DNA from: Fibrobacteria bacterium
GTDB taxonomy: Bacteria; Fibrobacterota; Fibrobacteria; UBA11236
Length of the DNA stretch: 64,000 nucleotides
Direction of reading: 5' to 3'
NCBI GenBank assembly: GCA_043732185.1
Contig: JAYTHY010000006.1
Span: 32,001-96,000, forward strand
Made by a program: the position numbers and the translations under genes. The notes beneath the pieces were generated by a model. It saw only the letters and a list, made by a program, of their open reading frames with translations. It was not told the origin of the DNA and did not search any database. Numbering within the stretch: the stretch's first letter is position 1; each line of letters opens with the position of its first letter. Below, in pieces: positions 9,306-18,020 of the stretch.

Positions 9306-10315
9306 TACACAACCCACCGTGCATAGGCATCGGCCAAAGTGGGTCTTAGGGGTTCCACCCGGGTAATTGGTACATTCCGATATACTAAAAACTGGATGAT
9401 AGCCGGTATTTTTTCCAATAAGTTCAAACCACTGACTAAGATCTTGTCGTTCTTTTCAAAATGGATTTCAATTCCAAATTCTTTCGCCAATCCATCCAAT
9501 TCACCCGTTAACGAAGCGCGTGCGAATCCCATTCGAACCTGGGTTTTAACATCGGCCTGACTCAATATCTCTTCCCGGCTTCCCGTGCGATTGAGTTTAC
9601 CCTTGGAAAGAAAACCAAAATGGCTGGCCACGGTTTCCATCTGTTCCAATCGGTGAGTGGCTACTATGGCGGTTGCGCCCGTAGTATCTAGGTAACTGCG
9701 CAGGTATCCTAGCACTTGACGCTGCGAAACCGGATCGAGGTGATCGGTCGGTTCATCCCAAAGCAGGAGATCGGGCTGGTGCAACAGGCTGCGTGCGAGT
9801 TGCAGTTTCTGGCGATTCCCTTGCGAAAGTTTGGCAACCGGTTTATTGTCCAATGAAAGTCCCAGTTCACCACAGAGCCTGGTGATACGAGCGTCTAATC
9901 CTTGGATGGCATAGAAGGCTCCGAAAAATTCCAAGTATTCCCGCGCATTCAGGCGGCCGTACAGGCCCGGATTTTCAATCAGCACACCTAAACGGGACAA
10001 TAGCGCGTTGCGCACTTTAGATTTGGCTTTCAATGAGGCTTCCGTTTTCAATGAGGCTTCCGTTGTGTCGTCCACCGTGCCGGAAGCACCGACCATGGTT
10101 TCCCCAAAAACCGTCAGCGAACCGCGTTCCGGCTGAACCAAACCGGTGATGCAGCGTAGCAAAGTGGTCTTGCCCGCGCCATTTGGACCCAGCAGAACAT
10201 AAAGGGCGCCGGATGGTATTTCCAAATTGATTTCGTCTAAGGCGGGAACACTTGCTAGACCCGATGGAAAGGAAACCTGCACATCCCGGAAGTTGAGAAC
10301 AGAATCGGCAGGCAT
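9305..10315 (-). CDS. ABC transporter ATP-binding protein
   Basis: GPNGAGKTT, LSQGNRQK, WDEPT and H-loop. Start reassigned to the ATG at 10315 (MPADSV). Confidence 0.9.
   Translation of the reverse strand: MPADSVLNFRDVQVSFPSGLASVPALDEINLEIPSGALYVLLGPNGAGKTTLLRCITGLVQPERGSLTVFGETMVGASGTVDDTTEASLKTEASLKAKSKVRNALLSRLGVLIENPGLYGRLNAREYLEFFGAFYAIQGLDARITRLCGELGLSLDNKPVAKLSQGNRQKLQLARSLLHQPDLLLWDEPTDHLDPVSQRQVLGYLRSYLDTTGATAIVATHRLEQMETVASHFGFLSKGKLNRTGSREEILSQADVKTQVRMGFARASLTGELDGLAKEFGIEIHFEKNDKILVSGLNLLEKIPAIIQFLVYRNVPITRVEPLRPTLADAYARWVV
10029..10064 (-). repeat. Perfect 18-bp tandem duplication (TEASLK x2) within the ABC ATPase
   Basis: ttcaatgaggcttccgtt repeated twice, in frame. Confidence 0.9.
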
Positions 10316-10331
10316 GGAATCGCCGGATGGC

Positions 10332-11696
10332 CTAGCCGGCCACGAACATGGATTCCACCAACAGATCCGGCACTTTAACCGAAGAGAAAGAATCCGAATA
10401 CTCTCGGGACAGCCCCCGGATGGCCAGGAGCAAGTCAAAAAAATTGGAGTTCAAAGTCAACTTGTCCACAGGTTTGATGCGCTTTCCCTGTTCGTACCAA
10501 AACCCTTGCGCGCCTATCGAGATTTCTCCGGAAATGGCAGAGCAGCCCGAACCACCATCCAGCTTGGTGACTAGCAAGCACTCAGGATAAGCGGAAAGCA
10601 AATCATTTAAATCTTCATCGCCTTTGGCTACTATATAATTTGAAAATCCAGTGCCGGCCTTTCCGGAATAACCACGTGAGCCATTACCCGTGGGCCTGCA
10701 ACCCGCCTTTTTTGCCGACTCCAAATTATAGAGATAGGTTTGGAGGATACCGTCCTTGACGATTTCCAGCGCCGAAGTCACCACGCCTTCGCCATCAAAA
10801 AGATGCGAACCGGGCGCCCCGGGAATATGCGGATTGCAAGTGATATTAAGTTTGGGAACCGCAATGGCCTGACCTACTTTTCCCGCAAGCCTGCTTTGGC
10901 CTTTCTGCACCGCATCGGCAAAGAAAGGAGAGCCGAACATGGACAAAATGGAACCGCTCACCCGATTGGAAAAAACCACCGGATAACGACCACTGGGAAT
11001 GGTTTCCGCACCCAAAAGCTCCACGGCCCGTTCCACGGCCTTGCCTGCCATGAAGGTCGCATTGAAGTCGAAGCTGCGCCCACCATTTGAATAGACGCCC
11101 ATCTTTTTGTTCTCGCCCTCTTTTGCCACCACGCCGATGCCGGCGCTCACTACATTGGACCGCGAAGAAAAAACGACACCTTTGGAATTCCGCACCATTG
11201 ACATTCCGGAAGAACGACTGGCACCAAGATAAGGAATATTATCGATACGCTTGTCAGCATCCCGTGCAAGCGATTCCAGCTCAAGCCCCAGGGCTTTCAT
11301 ACGGTCGAGACCAATATCTTCAAGCGCAGGATTGAATGATTTTAAATCGATGTCCGGTAAAGGTTCCGGATCCGGTAAATCCATATCCACCGCATCAGTA
11401 ATCAACGTATGACTCATGGCGTCCTTGACCGTCTGCCTAATCGCCTCTTTGGACATCTTTTCCGTAAAGGCGAATCCAGGACTTCGATTCTTGAACAGCC
11501 GGATGCCAATCCCTCTGGAGTTGGAGATTTCCGTACTTTTAACCTGACCTTCGAAAAGCTCTAAACCCATGCTTTCCGATTCCCCGACTACGGCATCAAA
11601 TTGCTCAGCCCCTTGCCGAGTCGCTTCGCTGCACATAAAATCAATGGCATCGATGGGTTTCAAGGACTCACCACCATCCATGGTCGGATTAGCCAT
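10332..11696 (-). CDS. pmbA: TldE/PmbA family protein
   Basis: GIGIRL, FDGEGV, GILQTYLYN, SGEIS.G..GF; no HEXXXH; TGATG overlap with tldD. Confidence 0.9.
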   Translation of the reverse strand: MANPTMDGGESLKPIDAIDFMCSEATRQGAEQFDAVVGESESMGLELFEGQVKSTEISNSRGIGIRLFKNRSPGFAFTEKMSKEAIRQTVKDAMSHTLITDAVDMDLPDPEPLPDIDLKSFNPALEDIGLDRMKALGLELESLARDADKRIDNIPYLGASRSSGMSMVRNSKGVVFSSRSNVVSAGIGVVAKEGENKKMGVYSNGGRSFDFNATFMAGKAVERAVELLGAETIPSGRYPVVFSNRVSGSILSMFGSPFFADAVQKGQSRLAGKVGQAIAVPKLNITCNPHIPGAPGSHLFDGEGVVTSALEIVKDGILQTYLYNLESAKKAGCRPTGNGSRGYSGKAGTGFSNYIVAKGDEDLNDLLSAYPECLLVTKLDGGSGCSAISGEISIGAQGFWYEQGKRIKPVDKLTLNSNFFDLLLAIRGLSREYSDSFSSVKVPDLLVESMFVAG

Positions 11697-13081
11697 CAGC
11701 GTCCGCCTACCAGGATATTGTCCACTTTGAGAGTCGGTTGGCCAACCATGACGGGAATGGAACCGGAAGCGGCCCCGCACATCCCTGCAGCCATTTCCAG
11801 ATCGTCGCCGACCATGGAAATGAGCGGCAGTATTTCCGGTCCCTTGCCGAGCAAAGTTGCTCCACGCACCGGTTCCATGATTTTTCCACCGCGAATCACA
11901 TAGGCTTCTTCCACCGAAAAATTGAATTCCCCGGTGGCCGGATTAACCGAGCCGCCGCCCATTTTTTTGGCGTACAAACCGTTCTCGATTCCGCCTATCA
12001 TGCTCGCAAGCGAAGAGGTCCCTCTATCGATGTAGGTATTGCGCATTCGAGATACTGGCGCGTATTGATAGGATTCCCGGCGCGAACTTCCAGTGATGCC
12101 TACCCCCGTTTCCTGCGCGCCAACCCGGTCGGACATGTAGCTCTGAAGAATACCGTCTTTGATCAGCACGGTTTTCTGCACCGCATTGCCCTCATCATCC
12201 ACGTTCAAGGATCCCCAGGCGTTCTGAATCGTTCCATCGTCGATAGCCGTTACCGCGGAATGGGCGATTTTTTCCCCGACTTTGCCCGCAAAGGGTGTGG
12301 CCTTGCGTCTCACTGCTTCCGTTTCCAGCAAATGCCCGCATGCTTCATGGAAGATCACCCCGCCGAAGCCGTTGCCCATAACCACCGGCATCTTCCCGCC
12401 CTTTACGTAACCGGATGACAGCATCAAGATGGCGCGCTCAGAGGCCTGCTTGGCAAAATGGGCGATGTCCAGGCTTTCAAAAAATTCGAATCCGCGCATG
12501 GTGCCCGGTGACTCGCTAGCCACAAAAATTTCCCCACCGGATTCCGCCGTGACATTGACCGTAAACCGGCAACGCGTGCGCGTGTCCTCCGTCCAAAGCC
12601 CTTCGCTATTGCAGATGAGCACATGCGAAACCACGTCTCCCGCACGTGAACTCACTTGGACGATTTTATCCGAATAACTTCTCGCCACCTGATCGGCGAG
12701 TTTGATGAGGTCCAGTTTTCTTTCTTGTCCGATTTCCCTGGGATCCTTGGTGATTTTATGGCGATTTTCAAATACCTTGCCGACCAGTTTTACCGTAGGC
12801 TCAGAGCTATGGTTGACGGCTATCCCTCGGCTCATAGCCAGATTGTCGATCAGCTTTATAATGTGGTTCTCTTCATCATTGCTGGAATGCGCATACAAGA
12901 CTTCCGTGCCATATACCAGGCGAATACCAAGCCCGTAATCGGTGCCTGCTGTCGCCGATTCCACTTTTCGGTCCCGGAAGGATACCGACGCGTTACGGGT
13001 CTCTTCTTGAAAAATTTCGACGAAGTCGGCTTTCCGATCCAAACCGGCTTGTAGTATCCGTTCCGCCTTAATTTTATCCAT
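11696..13081 (-). CDS. tldD: TldD metalloprotease
   Basis: FHEACGHLLE, DDEG, RMRNTY and a C-terminal GMCG...SIPV..GQP. Confidence 0.93.
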   Translation of the reverse strand: MDKIKAERILQAGLDRKADFVEIFQEETRNASVSFRDRKVESATAGTDYGLGIRLVYGTEVLYAHSSNDEENHIIKLIDNLAMSRGIAVNHSSEPTVKLVGKVFENRHKITKDPREIGQERKLDLIKLADQVARSYSDKIVQVSSRAGDVVSHVLICNSEGLWTEDTRTRCRFTVNVTAESGGEIFVASESPGTMRGFEFFESLDIAHFAKQASERAILMLSSGYVKGGKMPVVMGNGFGGVIFHEACGHLLETEAVRRKATPFAGKVGEKIAHSAVTAIDDGTIQNAWGSLNVDDEGNAVQKTVLIKDGILQSYMSDRVGAQETGVGITGSSRRESYQYAPVSRMRNTYIDRGTSSLASMIGGIENGLYAKKMGGGSVNPATGEFNFSVEEAYVIRGGKIMEPVRGATLLGKGPEILPLISMVGDDLEMAAGMCGAASGSIPVMVGQPTLKVDNILVGGR

Positions 13082-13136
13082 TATTTTCCTATGCCGTTTA
13101 GGCTATTTATGCATGCGCTGAAATTGATAACACGAT

Positions 13137-13622
13137 TTACTTGTCGCCGGGAAAGAGTGCGTCGAATTGGTCCGAGATCTGGTTTCCAGTCGTCCCTTCC
13201 GGCGGAAAATCTTCGACTTCATTGTTCTTTATGTCCATCAGCACTTCGTTCAGTTTTGCTTTTGCTTTTCCAGCAATCAGCTTGACTAATCCCAAATTGG
13301 TTCGATCATCGAAAATAAGCACCATGATCACATCTTCATCGACAAGAGAAATGTGGATATTCTCTTTTTCGCCTTGGTGGAACATCATCGAAAACTCAGT
13401 CTCACCGATCAAAGTCGCAATGGCCTTGGTCGAAGCGAAACTGCCGGCAGCTAGAGCCGCCAAAGTTGTTGCGTTTATTTTAGGGCTGAAGCCGACTTGG
13501 GAAATAAGATTCCCGTCTTTATTGATAAGGAGCACATACGAGGATGCCGACTCGGTAATAAGATGCGACAGGATTTTGTTGATCCGATCGATATCCTCTT
13601 TGTACAGGACAAAATCGCCCAC
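13137..13622 (-). CDS. mglB: MglB-type roadblock/LC7 protein (putative GAP for MglA)
   Basis: LLINKDG, TLAALAAGSFAST..IA.LIGE.EF..FHQGE, FDDRTNLGLVKL, and an acidic C-terminal helix ISDQFDALF; GTG start. Confidence 0.9.
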   Translation of the reverse strand: MGDFVLYKEDIDRINKILSHLITESASSYVLLINKDGNLISQVGFSPKINATTLAALAAGSFASTKAIATLIGETEFSMMFHQGEKENIHISLVDEDVIMVLIFDDRTNLGLVKLIAGKAKAKLNEVLMDIKNNEVEDFPPEGTTGNQISDQFDALFPGDK

Positions 13623-13624
13623 GC

Positions 13625-15268
13625 CTATTTTTCTTTTTTGAAAAGCCCGTCGAAGAATCCTTTTTTCTTCTCATTGGGATGCGGTAGCTTTTTGGTTTTG
13701 AAGGAATCGTTTTTGGCCATGTCCTCATAGGTGGTCACAATACCGCTGCGATCCACCTCACCAGGCACACCGCCACCACCGGAAGGCGTTGGCCCAGCCG
13801 TGGAAGGAGTAGGCGGCGTCGCTATCGGAAGGGGAGGAGGAGTCGGACTTGAAACCCGTTCACCAAAGGGTGTGGTCGGGAACGCGGCTCCAGGTTGTCC
13901 AGGAAATACTGGCATGGAGCTGGGCATAGGGCTTGGAGAGCCGCCAAATGGGTTCCCGGGGTTGGGGCTAGATTGTCCACCAAAATTTCCCTGGCCGAAA
14001 TTCGGCTGGGCGGGTGGCGCCATTCCCGGCGCCGGAGGTCGATTGGGAGCATTGCCAAAGCCAGGCATACCGGGTGGTAAACCTTGGTCTCCTGGTCGCC
14101 CACCCAAATTAAAAGCCGGTGGAGGCTGGCCAAAGCTTTGAATGCCAGGGCTGGTACCAATGGGATCTAAGGGTTTGGGTGTCAAGCTTGGCCCACCCGC
14201 CGACGGTGTGCCTGGAAATGCTGATTTTGGGGTTTGAAAGCCCTGTAGAAAAGGTGAAACTGGAATGCCAGAGGGTGGCGGTGTGAATCCACTTGGCGGT
14301 GGCGTAAAACCTGCAGGCCCATCCGATTTTGGAGGAAAGGCAGGTGGCGTGCCTGGGCTTTTACTGGCAAAAGGATTGTTGGCGGCAAAAGGATTATTAG
14401 CAGCGAAAGGATTCGCGCTCGGCGCGGCAAGCGGGTTGGCTTGTGGCGCACTGGTTGGGGGCCGAAAGCCGGGATCCGGTGGTCGGGATACTGGGTTCTG
14501 TGGCCCTGGAAAGGAAGGCCGAGCGGCGGGTCCACCAAAGCCAGGAAAAGGTTGGGGCGCGCTTATGGGAGGACGCATAGCAGGCGCCGCGGGCGAAGCT
14601 TGTTGTGTGGGCTTGGCAGCCGAGGCGCCTAACGAGGCCGCATCACCTGGACGAGCGGTGCGTCGAGTCCCTTGAAAGCCCGCGTACTTGGCATTGAACT
14701 TATCGATTACGTATTTTCCAATTCCCTTTAAAGTTGTAAAAACACCCACACCTGTTGCAGCAACTGCTTCATAATGAGGCAGTTTTAATTTATTCAGCAA
14801 TTCATTGAGCTGATCCACGGAATACACATTGGGTAAATCGCGTTTGTTGTACTGAAGCACCAAGGGAATGTTTTCGATGGAATGTCCATATTCCCTTAGG
14901 TTCTCTTGCAGGTTGGCAAAACTTTCCAGGTTTTCCTGAAGCTTATCCACTTGTGAGTCCACTACAAAAACCACGCCATCCACCCCGCGTAGCACAAGTT
15001 TTCGGGTGGCATTGTAATAGACCTGGCCTGGCACGGTATACAATTGGAACTTGGTCGAAAAGCCCTTAATGGATCCCAAATCGAGGGGAAGAAAATCGAA
15101 AAATAGAGTCCGGTCCGTTTCCGTGGCCAAGGACACCATTTCACTTTTATCCTTGTCCGGTATTTTTCGATGAATAATCTGTAAATTAGTGGTTTTTCCG
15201 CTCAGCCCAGGACCGTAATAGACGATCTTGCAGCTGATTTCCCGGGTTGCGTAATTAATAGATGCCAC
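13625..15268 (-). CDS. mglA: MglA family small GTPase with ~350-aa Pro/Gly-rich C-terminal extension
   Basis: KIVYYGPGLSGKTTNL (G1), DRTLFFDFLP (G2), YTVPGQ (G3), NKRD (G4), EAVA (G5); GTG start after GAGGAA. Confidence 0.93.
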   Translation of the reverse strand: MASINYATREISCKIVYYGPGLSGKTTNLQIIHRKIPDKDKSEMVSLATETDRTLFFDFLPLDLGSIKGFSTKFQLYTVPGQVYYNATRKLVLRGVDGVVFVVDSQVDKLQENLESFANLQENLREYGHSIENIPLVLQYNKRDLPNVYSVDQLNELLNKLKLPHYEAVAATGVGVFTTLKGIGKYVIDKFNAKYAGFQGTRRTARPGDAASLGASAAKPTQQASPAAPAMRPPISAPQPFPGFGGPAARPSFPGPQNPVSRPPDPGFRPPTSAPQANPLAAPSANPFAANNPFAANNPFASKSPGTPPAFPPKSDGPAGFTPPPSGFTPPPSGIPVSPFLQGFQTPKSAFPGTPSAGGPSLTPKPLDPIGTSPGIQSFGQPPPAFNLGGRPGDQGLPPGMPGFGNAPNRPPAPGMAPPAQPNFGQGNFGGQSSPNPGNPFGGSPSPMPSSMPVFPGQPGAAFPTTPFGERVSSPTPPPLPIATPPTPSTAGPTPSGGGGVPGEVDRSGIVTTYEDMAKNDSFKTKKLPHPNEKKKGFFDGLFKKEK

Positions 15269-15282
15269 AGGATTTTCCTCGG

Positions 15283-15624
15283 TTACTTAATTAAGGGGCT
15301 GACTTGAGCGATTTCCACCCGGATCAAGCCGGTATTGGCCTGGCTGTCCGCAAGCACAACCAGATAGCCTAATTCTACAACCTGGACAAAGAACTTGCCA
15401 TCGCTTGCTTCAATCATTGTCTGCATCAGTTGACCCGCCTGTGCATTTGCAACAATTTTATTGGCCACCTGCTGTACCGAAACGATAAGGGCGCTGATGA
15501 ATTCTGAAGGAACCGGAGTCCTGAAGTGGGACACAATCTCAATCCCGTCCGGACTGACGATACTCGAACCTTTGACGCCCTTGATCTGGTTTATTCTCTC
15601 CAATATAGTAAGCATTCCATTCAA
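15283..15624 (-). CDS. Roadblock/LC7 domain protein (MglC-like); the start may be the ATG at 15615
   Basis: GVKGSSIVSPDGI, G.L.Q.MIEA..G, YLVVLA...ANTGLIR pattern. Confidence 0.8.
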   Translation of the reverse strand: MNGMLTILERINQIKGVKGSSIVSPDGIEIVSHFRTPVPSEFISALIVSVQQVANKIVANAQAGQLMQTMIEASDGKFFVQVVELGYLVVLADSQANTGLIRVEIAQVSPLIK

Positions 15625-16049
15625 CTCCGTATATAGCCACGTTCATGTAAGAGGCGGGCAATGGCAAGGGCCCCGCGGTCTATCCGAAATTTGAATAAAT
15701 CATAACTTCCCCGGGTTCCGGCGACGACGAGAAAGAATAAGTCCAATTGTCCCAAATTGACTATCAAGTGAAAATGATGTTCATCAAACGACACAGAATG
15801 TTCCAATGGGCCCATCCCCAGCATTCTGTATTGAGCCAACGATTCCTGAAAACTGGCTAGAAAATAAGGGGATTCGATAAAATGGTTTTGCTGGCTCTCC
15901 TCTCCCCAGGCCACGACCAACCCTTCGCGACTGTAGAGAATGGCTCCGGTAATACCCTTCACCAGACTTAAGTATCCAAGGCATCGGTCCAAATCCTGTG
16001 ACTCAACGAGCTTGTTGATGTCAGTGGGTGCCAGATCGAGTTTACTCAT
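15621..16049 (-). CDS. Divergent roadblock/LC7-like protein
   Basis: VKGITGAILYSREGLVV...LGMGPLEH...FLVV pattern; overlaps both neighbours. Confidence 0.65.
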   Translation of the reverse strand: MSKLDLAPTDINKLVESQDLDRCLGYLSLVKGITGAILYSREGLVVAWGEESQQNHFIESPYFLASFQESLAQYRMLGMGPLEHSVSFDEHHFHLIVNLGQLDLFFLVVAGTRGSYDLFKFRIDRGALAIARLLHERGYIRS

Positions 16050-16920
16050 GAGTCAAATTACCTACTGCGTGAGGCCCCATATTGGCGCGCACTTTGGCCG
16101 AAGCGGCCTGTTTTTGAAAAATATTTTCCGCTCGTACCATGGTCAGCAGGGATTGGTTGATGTTTCCAGTTACAAGCTCGAGACATTCTGCGCCCATATG
16201 CAGAGAGGTCACCGTCAAATTCTGGAAGGAAAAACAGATCTTGTGAATTTCTCCACCCTCCAACGCATCACACGTATTGGCAATGGCACCCGGAAGAATT
16301 TGTGGCAGTAAGTTGACCAAGGAGGCGAGATTCGAATTTCGGCTGGTGGACTTGTATCGGTTTTGCGCCTGATTTCCAAGAACCAATGCCTGCGTATTGT
16401 CATCCATCACTAAACTTTGATAGATACCAAAATCTCCCTCACCGAGCTCGAAGGCCGCCATATTAGGTGTGGAAATTGCCGGAGGAACCGGAAGAATGCT
16501 GGCTGCCGCCGAAAAAGAGGCCACTGGAGTGACTGCACCCAATGAGTTCGCGGGAACTTCTGATGGCCGTCCTTGCCATGCCATCCATTCTAAATAGATA
16601 CTCGATTCGAGCAGTGACAAAGCCACCAAATCGTTGGGATGCCGGTGCAGGTGCGAAACCAGCTTCTGTTTCACCTGTTGGTGTTCACCGGTTTCAATCC
16701 CGATTTGGGTCTGTAAGTAAAAAACCATATCCTTGAATCGCGTAGTTTGCTTGCCTTCCAAACTTTGCAAAACATGATTGGCCAAATCGTATTTCTTGCG
16801 CCGAATAAGCAGACATGCATACGCTAGAGTACTCGAACTTTGAATAAAACTCTGGCATATCACATCCCCCATGAGGACGCTTTCGGCGGTTTTAACTTCG
16901 TGCTGGGTTGCCGTGGACAT
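16042..16920 (-). CDS. TPR + linker + degenerate roadblock-like domain protein
   Basis: N-terminal TPR-like helices (HPNDLVALSLL), an Ala/Pro linker, and a C-terminal alpha/beta pattern (DALEGGEIHKICFSF). Confidence 0.55.
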   Translation of the reverse strand: MSTATQHEVKTAESVLMGDVICQSFIQSSSTLAYACLLIRRKKYDLANHVLQSLEGKQTTRFKDMVFYLQTQIGIETGEHQQVKQKLVSHLHRHPNDLVALSLLESSIYLEWMAWQGRPSEVPANSLGAVTPVASFSAAASILPVPPAISTPNMAAFELGEGDFGIYQSLVMDDNTQALVLGNQAQNRYKSTSRNSNLASLVNLLPQILPGAIANTCDALEGGEIHKICFSFQNLTVTSLHMGAECLELVTGNINQSLLTMVRAENIFQKQAASAKVRANMGPHAVGNLTHE

Positions 16921-16928
16921 TCAAATTC

Positions 16929-18020
16929 TCATTTAAGTTGGTAAGTTTTTTTGGTGATTTTCTTATACACCGGTTTATTTCCAATCGGGCCGCTGACCTC
17001 GTTTGGAACCAATGCCCCCTCTTCAACCAGCACTTTTAGAGTCGCAGGTAGATTGTTTTGCCTATCCGCATGATCCACCAGTAGCACTTCAATATTATCG
17101 TACGCAAAATGATTCGCTATTTTCATTGCATACCCTCCCTGTGAGCTCTGCTTGGAAGTCGATGAAAGGTCTAGGCTGAGGAACCAATAGGAAACGAACC
17201 GCAAGACCAGGGCCAGCAGCAAAAACATGAAAGCCGTACCCAGTACCATGGCCGTTTTCCTATCCTTTTCATTTTGGGGATCGGCAGCGGCAGGCAAATC
17301 GATTTCCTCGACCGAATCCGCCACTGGGGCGACAAACCCACCCTCCCATAAATTTACAAGGCATTCGGAGAGTCGGAAAGAGCCAAAGGGAACTTGTTTG
17401 GCGATTTGTGCCACGCTCTTCCGTCCATCAACCAGCCCCAACACCAAATAGTCCCAGCCTAATTGGTCGCCGTCATAGGTTTTTTCCATGAGGTTGAAAA
17501 CGACTTTGGGATCGGGTATGGACTCCTTAAGTCGCGGCCACTCATCTATGCGCCGCATTCCCTCCATACAGGCAAATTCTGTGGAAATATTCAGTTGCAT
17601 GGAAATGGAGGATTGCGCCTTTAGTCCGGTCCCAAAATCATATTGCCCTTTGAGCCATCCAAACAGTTCACAAACCATGTCCTCGGAAATGATCTGTAGC
17701 CATTCTTTCTTGTCCTCATCGGTCAAATGACCTTTGGCGGCCAAGGTTGTCAGCAAGGGACGATTCATTTCTCTGGACATGGACTCCAGTTCATGCATCT
17801 CATCCTTTTCCACCTTGCCGGAGGCGATCAGCATTTCTTTGATAATATCCTCGGGCATCTCGCCATTCACTCTAACTCCATTGACATTGCCAGCGGAGAT
17901 GAAAATTTCAGCCTTTTCTTTCCCGTTAACCAAATTGAGCACACCGGACTTGCGCTGTTGCAACAATAGTTGCAGGACATCGGCCAGAGAGAAGTCTTTT
18001 AAATCCCCGGAAAGCTTCAT
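16929..18020 (-). CDS. DUF4388 (PATAN-like) domain membrane protein
   Basis: LSGDLKDFSLADVLQLL..QRKSGVL, MEGMRRIDEW, LVDGRKSV; one TM near the C-terminus; ATGA overlap. Confidence 0.85.
   Translation of the reverse strand: MKLSGDLKDFSLADVLQLLLQQRKSGVLNLVNGKEKAEIFISAGNVNGVRVNGEMPEDIIKEMLIASGKVEKDEMHELESMSREMNRPLLTTLAAKGHLTDEDKKEWLQIISEDMVCELFGWLKGQYDFGTGLKAQSSISMQLNISTEFACMEGMRRIDEWPRLKESIPDPKVVFNLMEKTYDGDQLGWDYLVLGLVDGRKSVAQIAKQVPFGSFRLSECLVNLWEGGFVAPVADSVEEIDLPAAADPQNEKDRKTAMVLGTAFMFLLLALVLRFVSYWFLSLDLSSTSKQSSQGGYAMKIANHFAYDNIEVLLVDHADRQNNLPATLKVLVEEGALVPNEVSGPIGNKPVYKKITKKTYQLK

Noticed and set aside
13731..14675. Gly-rich + strand ORFs (136 aa x2)
   Set aside because: They are antisense shadows of the Pro-rich MglA tail (CCN codons read as NGG/GGN) and have no RBS.
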